A stretch of DNA of 64,000 nucleotides, from assembly GCA_963705105.1 (NCBI GenBank), contig CAVPIW010000009.1, forward strand, positions 32,001 through 96,000, in the 5' to 3' direction. Positions 1 through 8,401 of this stretch are shown piece by piece. A program made the translations under genes and the position numbers. The notes below the pieces were generated by a model. The model ran no database searches, was not told where the DNA came from, and worked only from the letters and a program-made list of their open reading frames with translations. How positions within the stretch are numbered: the stretch's first letter is position 1; every line of letters starts with the position of its first letter. This stretch comes from an uncultured Nitrospiraceae bacterium. Lineage in GTDB: Bacteria; Nitrospirota; Thermodesulfovibrionia; Thermodesulfovibrionales; Dissulfurispiraceae.

Positions 1-820
1 GGTACCGGGCTCAGACCCGGCCAACACGTTTGTCTGCGTCCAGAGCGTTGTCGTGGATGGGGATGGTTTTCTCTGGATACTCGACGCAGCCAACCCCAAA
101 TTCAAGGGGGTGGTGGCAGGCGGTCCTAAACTTCTGAAAGTCGATCTCGCCGGGAACCGCATCATCCGGACCGTCCGTTTCACGGAACCGGTCATCCAGG
201 CCGGGAGCTATCTGAACGACATGCGCATCGACACCCGACGACAGATCGCCTACCTCACCGACTCCGGTAGCGGTGCCATCGTGGTGACAGACCTCGCCAC
301 CGGTGCAAGCCGGCGGCTCCTTACGAACCATCCATCCACCCGCGCGGAGGCGGTAACCCTGACCATCGAAGACCGGCCGTGGATGAGGCCCGACGGCACT
401 GTTCCACAAGTGCATGCAGACGGCATCGCCCTTGATGCTGCGGGTGAATATCTTTACTACCAGGCCCTCACCGGCCGCACACTCTATCGCATCGAAACCC
501 GCTGGCTGCGCGATTCCCGCTTGTCAGAGCAGGAAGTGGCAGCAAAGGTGGAATCCATGGGGCAGACCGGCGCTGCGGACGGCCTGCTTTTCGGCCCTGA
601 CAACCGAATCTATATTTCGTCCCTGGAAGAAAACGCCATAAAGGCTGTCACCCCCGGCGGCAAGGCCGAAATCGTGGTGCAGAGCCCGGCACTGGCCTGG
701 CCGGACAGTTTTGCCCTCGGTCCCGACGGGAGTATCTACGTCACGACTTCCCAGATCCACCGGGGCCCGAATCCACCGGAACCTTACAAAATTTTCAAGT
801 TGGAGAAATACTTTCGATAG
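1..820 (+). CDS. Major royal jelly protein / SMP-30-gluconolactonase-like beta-propeller protein (5' truncated by window)
   Basis: Frame is open from base 2 (VPGSDPANTFVCVQSVVVDGDGFLWILD). Motifs YLND, AYLTDSG, ADGIAL and WPDSF are typical of bacterial MRJP/yellow proteins. Confidence 0.75.
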   Translation, partial: VPGSDPANTFVCVQSVVVDGDGFLWILDAANPKFKGVVAGGPKLLKVDLAGNRIIRTVRFTEPVIQAGSYLNDMRIDTRRQIAYLTDSGSGAIVVTDLATGASRRLLTNHPSTRAEAVTLTIEDRPWMRPDGTVPQVHADGIALDAAGEYLYYQALTGRTLYRIETRWLRDSRLSEQEVAAKVESMGQTGAADGLLFGPDNRIYISSLEENAIKAVTPGGKAEIVVQSPALAWPDSFALGPDGSIYVTTSQIHRGPNPPEPYKIFKLEKYFR

Positions 821-902
821 TGGAATGAGCTGACGACTTTCAGAAGTGACGATCACAGGAAGGCGGCCGACTGGTCGTCTCAAAAAAATTTATGGTATTC
901 AA

Positions 903-968
903 GTTCAACTGCTCCGGGCGTGCGCGGGGCCGCGTTCTGCGGCCTCCTGCACCAAGCCCTTGTCGGGC
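903..968 (-). other. attC site (degenerate R'' GCCCGAC ... R' GTTGAAC)
   Basis: Starts right after the isochorismatase stop and has a central GGCCGC/GCGGCC stem. R'' is one mismatch from the complement of this cassette's start GTTGGGC. Confidence 0.65.
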
Positions 969-1484
969 CTATATTGCATCTTTTGAAGGCACAAGAGATA
1001 CACGGGTTGAGACCGCATGTAAGGCAATTTTGTGCAGCATTTCATTCACTGTGGTGCAGCAATCCGGCAGAATGCTTACCTTGTATTTCTCTGCAGACTT
1101 CGAGATGGCCGTGTGCGTCACGCAGTTTTGAGTCATCATTCCGCACACAAGCAGCTCATCGACTCCCAGCCCGGTGAGGATCTCTTCGAGCTTCGTCTTC
1201 ACGAAGCTGTCAGCGTACTCTTTGATCACAATCGGAGCATCGGGAGCAGCTTCAAGAATACGCGAATGAATTTTCGCTCCGTCAGTGCCCTGATTGAAGA
1301 ACGGCGCAATCCCCATCCCGAGATTTGCGATGTGTTGTATGTGGATAATGGGGATGTTTTTAAATTTCGCTGCTTCAATCGCCTGTTCAATGTTGCTGAG
1401 CGTGACATCAGTATTCCAAAGTGGGAACTTTCCTCCGGGGAAATAATCATTCTGCAGGTCAATTAGCAGCAGCGCCTTCTTCAT
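969..1484 (-). CDS. Isochorismatase-family cysteine hydrolase (gene cassette)
   Basis: MKKALLLIDLQNDYF...IKEYADSF...GMMTQNCV carries the D-K-C triad. GGAGA RBS precedes ATG 1484. Confidence 0.9.
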   Translation of the reverse strand: MKKALLLIDLQNDYFPGGKFPLWNTDVTLSNIEQAIEAAKFKNIPIIHIQHIANLGMGIAPFFNQGTDGAKIHSRILEAAPDAPIVIKEYADSFVKTKLEEILTGLGVDELLVCGMMTQNCVTHTAISKSAEKYKVSILPDCCTTVNEMLHKIALHAVSTRVSLVPSKDAI

Positions 1485-1508
1485 GGATTCTCCTTTGCCT
1501 TTTGTTGT

Positions 1509-1569
1509 GCCCAACGGCAGCCATGTGCGGATAGAGCGCAGCGACAGCCGAACCATCGTCTTGTTGCCG
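1509..1569 (-). other. attC site (R'' CGGCAAC ... R' GTTGGGC)
   Basis: Imperfect palindrome between two short co-oriented ORFs with AAC/GTT core ends. Confidence 0.65.
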
Positions 1570-1580
1570 AGTCCTCCGCC

Positions 1581-1941
1581 TCAGTGGTTGAAGGCGTACT
1601 TCAGCGACAGCCTCCGGCCGTGACCGCCGACGGTTCATAGATGATCTTTGCCTCGTCGGAATACCAGTCCCCGTCCCATCGGAATTGAACCTTCCCTGAC
1701 AGACGCTCTCGCTTATATGGCTCTCCATTGAGGACCAGAGTGATGGTTGCATCCCTTCGAGTTCGCCCTGGCCAACAATAGACAACGAATAGACAGGGCC
1801 ACCCCCAGGGGCATTTCTTAAAGTAATGGTCTCGGGCCTCGTGACGTCCTTTACGTCATAAGTCATCCTCGTGAAGCCACACGAGCAAAGACTGCAAATG
1901 ATCATCCCGGTGAGCAGGACGATCGTGTATTTTTTCGTCAT
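1581..1941 (-). pseudogene. Frameshifted lipoprotein cassette gene
   Basis: Lipobox signal (MTKKYTIVLLTGMIICSLCSC). Restoring two single bases (near 1753 and 1611) gives a continuous ...GELEGDATITLVLNGEPYK...DWYSDEAKIIYEP...LSLKYAFNH* ending just before the attC. Confidence 0.55.
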
Positions 1942-1946
1942 GTTAT

Positions 1947-2036
1947 CGCCAACGAGACGGCTCACTTGCCGTGGCAACCGGCTTTACTGAAAAATGATCA
2001 AGGCTATTCCGGGTCAAGTGAAGCCAGTTGTTCGCC
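1947..2036 (-). other. attC site (R'' GGCGAAC ... R' GTTGGCG), best preserved
   Basis: GGCTTCACTTGACC pairs with GGCAAGTGAGCC with extrahelical bases. It overlaps the 3' end of the upstream cassette ORF. Confidence 0.8.
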
Positions 2037-2336
2037 GTTTTTTTCATTTGTGTCTGTTATGTGCCTACCAAGTCTTTCATAGTATATTGCAGAAAGCACT
2101 GTGAAAATCACAGCATCAAAGATAGTTGTTTCATCTCCCGAAGGTGCGTGATATTCCTTAACAACGTAAATAAAGATACCGACCGGGATTACGATTATAA
2201 TGTGTCGTACAGCGACGACCCAACCCAAGACTATGAATTTTTGAATAATGTCGTATCCGCTATTGCCGCCATTCTTTCTATAGACGTATAAGACGCCAAG
2301 AAGTGTCACTATCACATGTAATATTGTCTCTATTAT

Positions 2337-3648
2337 GGTTCATCCGACAAGAGCGTACTTTGACTGATGAAGAGCCATGATCTTAAGTTTGAAGAACTCG
2401 ATATCTCTGAAGCCGTATGCCTGTCTTTTCATTGTCACAATCTTGTTGTTTGTGCCCTCCAGAGGGCCAGTTGAAATGGGATGATCATACCATGCCAGAA
2501 TCCCCCAGCGATGGGCATGGAGCGTCTCCGCAAATGACTGCAGCATCCGTATTCCTGATGCCTTGGCCCGCGCAATCCAGTCATCCAGAAAGCGCTCTGC
2601 CGATCCTTTGCCCGGGTAGTTCCAAAGCGTTCGCAAGTCTTCTTTCATGTAATAGACCGTTGCCAGAGGGGCGTTCATCTGCAATGCTTCCTGAAGCCTT
2701 TGCTGTTCGTTCTTTTCTGCGTCGAGGTTTTCGGGGTTCTTCAGCAGGAGCCAGCGGGTCCCCTTCAGCACAATCCTGTCTGACTGGCTGGTGAGCTTAT
2801 GGTACAGGTCACGACGATAATCGGAGAGCTTGTCGTTGAACAACTTGACGATATGAAAACGGTCAAAGACAACGGCTGCCTCCGGCACGTTGTCAGACAC
2901 AGCAGCGATGTATGCAGGGGACATGTCGATCGCCACGGCCTGTATTGTGGCGCCCGAGCGCAACAGCCTTCTCCAAAAAGGCTTCAACGCATCAGTCCCC
3001 TTGCCGTCGCCAACATGGACCACAGCTCCACTATCAAGATCCAAGACGACCGTCACATACCTGTGCCCTTTGCCGATGGAAATCTCGTCGATGGCGAGGC
3101 GCCTCAGATGACCCAGTTTCGGTCGGGAGAACTTTCTGTGGAGGGACCGCTTCTGGATGTCTTTGATCACGTCCCAGCTGACGCCCACATGTCGCGCAAC
3201 GTCCTGGATCGTCATGCGCCGGGAAAGCTCCAATGCATACCGTTCAAAGGCCCTCGTATAGCGGACTCGGTCCTCGGCAAACTTCAGTCTCACCTGACGC
3301 ACCACAGCGCACACCAGGCACCATACCCTCTGCACGGCAATACGCATAAACGCTCTCTTGCGACCGATCGGCACCGTCTGCAGCGCTCGCATAGTGACTC
3401 CCTTACAGACGATATCCCGCCCGTTGCACTCAGGGCACCGCAGGGTCAATCGATCTTGTGTGATCGTGAAAATAATCGCCCCTTCCTGATATCTGGTCGA
3501 TTGATACCGGTATCCTCGTATACCAAATGCGTGATACAATAAGCTTGTCGACATGTTGTTGCCTCCTTCTGAGAATCCTTGGTCGGAATCTCTTAGAGTA
3601 ACAACATGTCGCATTTTTTCAATCAAGTACGCTTAAACCGGAAGAACC
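2337..3648 (-). mobile_element. ISL3-family insertion sequence (1312 bp)
   Basis: Ends are GGTTCATCCG / GGTTCTTCCG. 8-bp TSD TCTATTAT at 2329-2336 and 3649-3656. Confidence 0.93.
2340..3554 (-). CDS. ISL3-family transposase
   Basis: Zinc finger CPEC...CLVC and motifs IDE, IDM, FDRFH, GPLEGTNNKI, RQAYGFRD. GGAGG RBS precedes ATG 3554. Confidence 0.95.
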   Translation of the reverse strand: MSTSLLYHAFGIRGYRYQSTRYQEGAIIFTITQDRLTLRCPECNGRDIVCKGVTMRALQTVPIGRKRAFMRIAVQRVWCLVCAVVRQVRLKFAEDRVRYTRAFERYALELSRRMTIQDVARHVGVSWDVIKDIQKRSLHRKFSRPKLGHLRRLAIDEISIGKGHRYVTVVLDLDSGAVVHVGDGKGTDALKPFWRRLLRSGATIQAVAIDMSPAYIAAVSDNVPEAAVVFDRFHIVKLFNDKLSDYRRDLYHKLTSQSDRIVLKGTRWLLLKNPENLDAEKNEQQRLQEALQMNAPLATVYYMKEDLRTLWNYPGKGSAERFLDDWIARAKASGIRMLQSFAETLHAHRWGILAWYDHPISTGPLEGTNNKIVTMKRQAYGFRDIEFFKLKIMALHQSKYALVG

Positions 3649-3853
3649 TCTATTATGTCCCATTTATTCATTTCGGATGCGGCAGGCAGAGAGAGAGCAA
3701 TGGCTTCAAACGCACAAAAAAAAGAAGGTAAGGCAAAGCCTCACGATCGGAGACAGATCGCTTCTTCAGACGATCCTTCAGTGGTTGATATCTAATCCAA
3801 TACATAGCGGCGTTCCTCTACAATTGTCTTTATTTCAGTATTTATTATTTTTC

Positions 3854-3916
3854 GGCGAAGTCTTGAGGTCAAGGGAGACGGGGCATTTCCCGCCGATCAT
3901 GTAGTTTTCGTTCTAT
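3854..3916 (-). other. Degenerate attC-like boundary (R'' ATAGAAC ... cTTCGCC)
   Basis: cTTCGCC matches the complement of R'' GGCGAAC of the downstream cassette's attC. The internal stem is weak. Confidence 0.4.
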
Positions 3917-4074
3917 TCCTTCATTTTTGCAATAGGCTGAGTTTCACCGAGATGCTCCGGAGTATAATATTCACCCAGATCGACCCCAAGTGCTTTAGAC
4001 TGGTCAAAATGTTTAGCACCTCCTGCTTCTTACCTGTGGCCTGATAAGCTCTTGCCCTTATGCACAGTGCCTTA

Positions 4075-4133
4075 CCGCGACGGGTACCCACCAGCAGCGA
4101 TAGTGGGCGGTCCGGTTCACGCGGGGGTTAGGC
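4075..4133 (-). other. Truncated attC (R'' GCCTAAC half only)
   Basis: GCCTAACCCCCGCGTGAACCGGACC follows the DUF6855-like stop. The R' half is missing and is replaced by an ORF-like remnant. Confidence 0.55.
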
Positions 4134-4151
4134 CTCACTGCACCTCGCAGG

Positions 4152-4562
4152 TCACTTGGCCCGCATGCGGTTGTTCTTGGCGTTGTGCTCCAGCTCGCAG
4201 AGCCCCAGCTCTTCCATCAGTGGCGGGACATAGACACCGAACCTTCCGCGAAGCCCCTTCTTCAGCCCATACCAGCCGCCCACTGGATTGCTAGGCGACC
4301 TTCCCCAGGCCTCCACCGTGCCTTCCTTCGCTGGCTTCTGCTCATCCGCACCGCCAAGCTCGACCCAATCCCCTGCCTTCTTGAGCATCGCGTGCAGGTC
4401 ATCCACACAACGCGCGTCGTAGTGCAGCACCGTGCTGCCGACCGTGCAGACCAGGATCTTCTTACCGTCCTTCTCGTCGACGTGCATCGTGAACTCAGCA
4501 GTCCCAGGCGGGGTCTTCAGCTTCCACGGGTTGTCCTTTGCTCGATTCAGAGCTGTCATCAT
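4152..4562 (-). CDS. DUF6855-like hypothetical protein (cassette, copy 1)
   Basis: DNPWKLKTPPG...LGGADEQKPAKEGTVEAWGRS...GWYGLKKGLRGRFG, recognised from memory as the DUF6855 pattern. Confidence 0.7.
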   Translation of the reverse strand: MMTALNRAKDNPWKLKTPPGTAEFTMHVDEKDGKKILVCTVGSTVLHYDARCVDDLHAMLKKAGDWVELGGADEQKPAKEGTVEAWGRSPSNPVGGWYGLKKGLRGRFGVYVPPLMEELGLCELEHNAKNNRMRAK

Positions 4563-4609
4563 GGGGCTCCTTTCGTTGCGCCGAAACTGCGCGGCTGGTT
4601 CGTCGTGAG

Positions 4610-4665
4610 GCCAAAAAGCTCACCCGCCTGCGCTTGAGCAGGTCGGGTGCAGCGACGGGTTATGC
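4610..4665 (-). other. attC site of the TA cassette (R'' GCATAAC; R' damaged), copy 1; second copy at 6138-6193
   Basis: GCATAAC overlaps the toxin stop. GCTGCACCCGACCTG pairs with CAGGCGGGTGAGC. R' reads TTTTTGGCCTC instead of GTTAGGCCTC. Confidence 0.75.
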
Positions 4666-4956
4666 CTTAATTTCATCAACCGGCAAGATCTGCTTTCCGT
4701 GCCTAACAGTAAGCACTGAAATCCTCTTCTCTTCAAGCCGGTAAATCAGTCGGTAGTTTCCGAATGTCATCTCTCTTATGGCTTTGTTTTCGGTTTCAGG
4801 TACGACCCTGCCGCTTTCAGGGAAGTCCTTTAGGTCTTCCACCTTCCGAAAAACCGTGTCTACCCACTTTTCTGCAGCAGTGGGATTCTCTTGGGCGATG
4901 TATGCGGCTATCTCTGAGACCCTGTCTATTGCGAGAGGAGACCAGATAATTTTCAT
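4660..4956 (-). CDS. Type II toxin, RelE/ParE family (copy 1)
   Basis: MKIIWSPLAIDRVSEIAAYIAQENPTAA...FPESGRVVPE...NYRLIYR. ATGA overlap with the antitoxin. Confidence 0.9.
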   Translation of the reverse strand: MKIIWSPLAIDRVSEIAAYIAQENPTAAEKWVDTVFRKVEDLKDFPESGRVVPETENKAIREMTFGNYRLIYRLEEKRISVLTVRHGKQILPVDEIKA

Positions 4957-5234
4957 TTCCTGATCCGGTTTAATACAGTTCTTTTCGCCTGGCCATGGTC
5001 CGCTCCCTGGCCAGCCTCAATCTGACCGATGGATGTCTGTATGTCCTGGAGCAACTCTATTCTCTCCTGCATTGCCTCATATTCGCCTGCATCGAGCAGA
5101 ACGGCCACTCCTTTGCCATGTTGTGTGATGATCAAGGGACGTTTTGTGTCGTGTATTTGTTTAAGGAAGGAGGCAATACCGGTGCGAAACTCCGACATTG
5201 ATCTGATATCTTCGTTGACTCTAACTCTTTTCAT
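4953..5234 (-). CDS. Type II antitoxin, Phd/YefM family (copy 1)
   Basis: SEFRTGIASFLKQIHDTKRPLIITQHGKGVAVLL. GAGGTG RBS precedes ATG 5234. Confidence 0.9.
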   Translation of the reverse strand: MKRVRVNEDIRSMSEFRTGIASFLKQIHDTKRPLIITQHGKGVAVLLDAGEYEAMQERIELLQDIQTSIGQIEAGQGADHGQAKRTVLNRIRK

Positions 5235-5250
5235 ATGACACCTCACATAA

Positions 5251-5289
5251 ATAATGTACATTATAACGTACTTTAAATATGTCAGTCAA
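5251..5289 (-). promoter_or_regulatory. Sigma70 promoter of the TA cassette with a palindromic operator (second copy 6779-6817)
   Basis: TTGACT-N18-TATAAT. Perfect 14-bp palindrome ATAATGTACATTAT (5251-5264) overlaps the -10. Confidence 0.75.
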
Positions 5290-5302
5290 TATTCTTTTCA
5301 GG

Positions 5303-5392
5303 GCATACCATATATTTTAGCTGCCGACTGTCTTTTTTCAATCATAACGGACAAACGGGGGTTAGTCGAGCAAAATAACGGAAAAAACGGCG
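5303..5392 (-). other. attI-like site (duplicated copy; the copy next to intI is 6831-6920)
   Basis: GGTATGC is one mismatch from GTTATGC, the complement of the first cassette's R'' GCATAAC. Two ATAACGGA-N-AAACGG direct repeats lie upstream. Confidence 0.55.
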
Positions 5393-5419
5393 GTTTTCGG
5401 CCGTAAGAAGCTGTGTTAT

Positions 5420-5622
5420 CCTTATCGTTGCACTACACTCCCGGGAAAGGCGGGGCGTATGCGCCGAAAACCTTGCTGCGGCGACACCATAACCCTCACA
5501 GAAGACAACCGTTCAAGCCAATGCAAAGAGTGGAGTCCTGAAAGATAAACCTGACGAGGCTTATCGTCGCCTTCAGCAAGGCTTTGAGGCGCTTCGCCCC
5601 GCCTTTCTGTGCAACTATAGAG
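5420..5622 (+). mobile_element. Palindromic MITE-like repeat, subtype A, TSD TTAT
   Basis: ttat-CCTTATCGTTGCA...GAAAGGCGGGGCG...CGCCCCGCCTTTC...TGCAACTATAGAG-ttat. Confidence 0.85.
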
Positions 5623-5679
5623 TTATATTGCCGGTAACGATGTTATGCAGCCACTGGTACAAAAATGAGAATGCGTTAT

Positions 5680-6090
5680 TCACTTGGCCCGCATGCGGTT
5701 GTTCTTGGCGTTGTGCTCCAGCTCGCAGAGCCCCAGCTCTTCCATCAGTGGCGGGACATAGACACCGAACCTTCCGCGAAGCCCCTTCTTCAGCCCATAC
5801 CAGCCGCCCACTGGATTGCTAGGCGACCTTCCCCAGGCCTCCACCGTGCCTTCCTTCGCTGGCTTCTGCTCATCCGCACCGCCAAGCTCGACCCAATCCC
5901 CTGCCTTCTTGAGCATCGCGTGCAGGTCATCCACACAACGCGCGTCGTAGTGCAGCACCGTGCTGCCGACCGTGCAGACCAGGATCTTCTTACCGTCCTT
6001 CTCGTCGACGTGCATCGTGAACTCAGCAGTCCCAGGCGGGGTCTTCAGCTTCCACGGGTTGTCTTTTGCTCGATTCAGAGCTGTCATCAC
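5680..6090 (-). CDS. DUF6855-like hypothetical protein (copy 2, lacks its attC)
   Basis: Same protein as 4152-4562, with the first codon changed ATG to GTG. Confidence 0.7.
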   Translation of the reverse strand: MMTALNRAKDNPWKLKTPPGTAEFTMHVDEKDGKKILVCTVGSTVLHYDARCVDDLHAMLKKAGDWVELGGADEQKPAKEGTVEAWGRSPSNPVGGWYGLKKGLRGRFGVYVPPLMEELGLCELEHNAKNNRMRAK

Positions 6091-6187
6091 GGGGTTCCTT
6101 TCGTTGCGCCGAAACTGCGCGGCTGGTTCGTCGTGAGGCCAAAAAGCTCACCCGCCTGCGCTTGAGCAGGTCGGGTGCAGCGACGGG

Positions 6188-6484
6188 TTATGCCTTAATT
6201 TCATCAACCGGCAAGATCTGCTTTCCGTGCCTAACAGTAAGCACTGAAATCCTCTTCTCTTCAGGCCGGTAAATCAGTCGGTAGTTTCCGAATGTCATCT
6301 CTCTTATGGCTTTGTTTTCGGTTTCAGGTACGACCCTGCCGCTTTCAGGGAAGTCCTTTAGGTCTTCCACCTTCCGAAAAACCGTGTCTACCCACTTTTC
6401 TGCAGCAGTGGGATTCTCTTGGGCGATGTATGCGGCTATCTCTGAGACCCTGTCTATTGCGAGAGGAGACCAGATAATTTTCAT
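6188..6484 (-). CDS. Type II toxin, RelE/ParE family (copy 2, L to P variant)
   Basis: Identical to copy 1 except YRLEE to YRPEE. Confidence 0.9.
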   Translation of the reverse strand: MKIIWSPLAIDRVSEIAAYIAQENPTAAEKWVDTVFRKVEDLKDFPESGRVVPETENKAIREMTFGNYRLIYRPEEKRISVLTVRHGKQILPVDEIKA

Positions 6485-6762
6485 TTCCTGATCCGGTTTA
6501 ATACAGTTCTTTTCGCCTGGCCATGGTCCGCTCCCTGGCCAGCCTCAATCTGACCGATGGATGTCTGTATGTCCTGGAGCAACTCTATTCTCTCCTGCAT
6601 TGCCTCATATTCGCCTGCATCGAGCAGAACGGCCACTCCTTTGCCATGTTGTGTGATGATCAAGGGACGTTTTGTGTCGTGTATTTGTTTAAGGAAGGAA
6701 GCAATACCGGTGCGAAACTCCGACATTGATCTGATATCTTCGTTGACTCTAACTCTTTTCAT
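6481..6762 (-). CDS. Type II antitoxin, Phd/YefM family (copy 2)
   Basis: Same protein as copy 1. Confidence 0.9.
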   Translation of the reverse strand: MKRVRVNEDIRSMSEFRTGIASFLKQIHDTKRPLIITQHGKGVAVLLDAGEYEAMQERIELLQDIQTSIGQIEAGQGADHGQAKRTVLNRIRK

Positions 6763-6947
6763 ATGACACCTCACATAAATAATGTACATTATAACGTACT
6801 TGAAATATGTCAGTCAATATTCTTTTCAGGGCATACCATATATTTTAGCTGCCGACTGTCTTTTTTCAATCATAACGGACAAACGGGGGTTAGTCGAGCA
6901 AAATAACGGAAAAAACGGCGGTTTTCGGCCGTAAGAAGCTGTGTTAT

Positions 6948-7150
6948 CCTTATCGTTGCACTACACTCCCGGGAAAGGCGGGGCGTATGCGCCGAAAACC
7001 TTGCTGCGGCGACACCATAACCCTCACAGAAGACAACCGTTCAAGCCAATGCAAAGAGTGGAGTCCTGAAAGATAAACCTGACGAGGCTTATCGTCGCCT
7101 TCAGCAAGGCTTTGAGGCGCTTCGCCCCGCCTTTCTGTGCAACTATAGAG
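6948..7150 (+). mobile_element. MITE-like repeat, subtype A (duplicate of 5420-5622), between attI and the intI stub
   Basis: Same sequence and TTAT TSD as 5420-5622. Confidence 0.85.
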
Positions 7151-7200
7151 TTATATTGCCGGTAACGATGTTATGCAGCCACTGGTACAAAAATGAGAAT

Positions 7201-7296
7201 GCGTTATTCAAGGACTTCCAGGAGTTCCTCTCAAGAAAGCACCCTGTCCCCGAGAAGCGGTTACCCTATTATCTCCGGTGGTTGAGTCGCTTTCGT
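7201..7296 (+). pseudogene. 5' remnant of an integron integrase (N-terminal extension only)
   Basis: LFKDFQEFLSRKHPVPEKRLPYYLRWLSRF resembles from memory the N-termini of long IntI proteins of Nitrospirota/Deltaproteobacteria. It is divergent from the cassette array and no tyrosine-recombinase core follows. Confidence 0.55.
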
Positions 7297-7386
7297 GACA
7301 GGATTGACCAATCGCTACTCTTTGCGCAAGACGAACTTGGGCCGTGTTCCTTTCACCGACACTCACCCGGCAGTCCTTCTCAATGC

Positions 7387-8010
7387 TTACCCTTCCCGGT
7401 ACATCCTGATGAGGTGTGCCAGGGCCTTGCCGAATTCCAGCTTTTCAGGCGTGCGGCCGTGCGTGAGATATATCCGCATGATGTCGACCTTGTTCGCCTT
7501 CTGATCGCCGGCATCCTTCACGGTGGTCTCGTCGATGCACCCGCGCTGTCCATCACACCGCACCTCGATAACCATCACGTCAACGCTCGTGTTCTGGTAC
7601 ACACTTCCCGGGTCGAGGTCCCTGACATGCACCCTGTAGCTGCGCCTGTCCTTTTTGTCGGCTCCTCCGGACAGGGAGACGTCGTACGACAATATGCCAT
7701 CCGCGCCGACGGCAAATTTGTCCGTCTCCATGTTCACATCGCCGGACCAGTTGCCGCTGCCATGCCTGCTCATGATGTCGGAGAGGAACGACAGGGTCTC
7801 AATTTTGGATTCGCCTCCAGAGAATAATGCAGATGTCTTCGCCCTCGGCTGACCACCCAAAGCAGCTCCCGACGACGGCTGCCCGTCCTCTTTCTGAGCC
7901 TGGGATGACGCAGCCGGCCCCTGAGGCGGAGTTTCCGCCTTCTGACAGGACAAAAGAAACCCGCCTATGACAAGAACAATTGCAGTGAAACGGAAAAGCG
8001 ACGATTTCAT
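7387..8010 (-). CDS. Hypothetical lipoprotein
   Basis: MKSSLFRFTAIVLVIGGFLLSC lipobox, GGAGG RBS and a Pro/Gln-rich linker. Confidence 0.7.
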   Translation of the reverse strand: MKSSLFRFTAIVLVIGGFLLSCQKAETPPQGPAASSQAQKEDGQPSSGAALGGQPRAKTSALFSGGESKIETLSFLSDIMSRHGSGNWSGDVNMETDKFAVGADGILSYDVSLSGGADKKDRRSYRVHVRDLDPGSVYQNTSVDVMVIEVRCDGQRGCIDETTVKDAGDQKANKVDIMRIYLTHGRTPEKLEFGKALAHLIRMYREG

Positions 8011-8119
8011 GGGAACCTCCTCTTTCGCAACCGGTCCGTACGCCTGAAGACAGATCGGGCGACAGCATGCTACCAATTTTATCGTGATTATCCTGACTGT
8101 CTGAAACAACGGAAAGTTC

Positions 8120-8397
8120 CCGCGCATACGCCCGCCGGAAAGGTGGGGTAAATGCGCCGAAAAGCATCGGTGCTGCGAAACCTTTGCCGTCCCTTGCAGA
8201 GCATGGAAGCACGACTATTGATGATACAAAGGATGAAATCTTCAAAACCCAATAATAAACAATCATGCTCGCTATCAGCGAGGCTTTGAGGCGCTTTGCC
8301 CCGCTTTTCCGTGCATCCGCCAAAATTATCATCATCATCGCATTGGAAAGGCTTTGAACCATATCGGCCTTCACGGCAGAGTAACGCAACTGTAAGG
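8120..8397 (+). mobile_element. MITE-like repeat, subtype B plus a subtype C fragment
   Basis: GGAAAGGTGGGGTAAATGCGCCGAAAAGCATCGGTGCTGCG...GCTTTGAGGCGCTTTGCCCCGC, then CATTGGAAAGGCTTTGAACCATATC and the end GCAACTGTAAGG. The left boundary is approximate. Confidence 0.75.
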
Positions 8398-8401
8398 TAA
8401 T

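Larger units (their letters stand above)
2004..3805 (-). pseudogene. Membrane-protein cassette gene split by ISL3 and frameshifted in a T8 run
   Basis: 5' part MYWIRYQPLKDRLKKRSVSDREALPY starts at 3805 with an RBS. Removing the IS and adding 1 T joins it to ...TILHVIVTLLGVLYVYRKNGG... (about 160 aa). Confidence 0.75.
4152..7207. repeat. 1528-bp direct tandem duplication (4152-5679 / 5680-7207)
   Basis: Near-identical units with about 6 substitutions and a 3-bp TCA microhomology at the junction. Confidence 0.95.

Noticed and set aside
2337..3648. ISL3 as the mobiliser of the MITE family
   Set aside because: The termini (GGTTC vs CCTT) and TSD length (8 vs 4 bp) differ.
7156..7827. 223-aa ORF as an intact integrase
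   Set aside because: Only about 30 codons look IntI-like. The rest is antisense to the lipoprotein gene and lacks the R-H-R-Y catalytic motifs.
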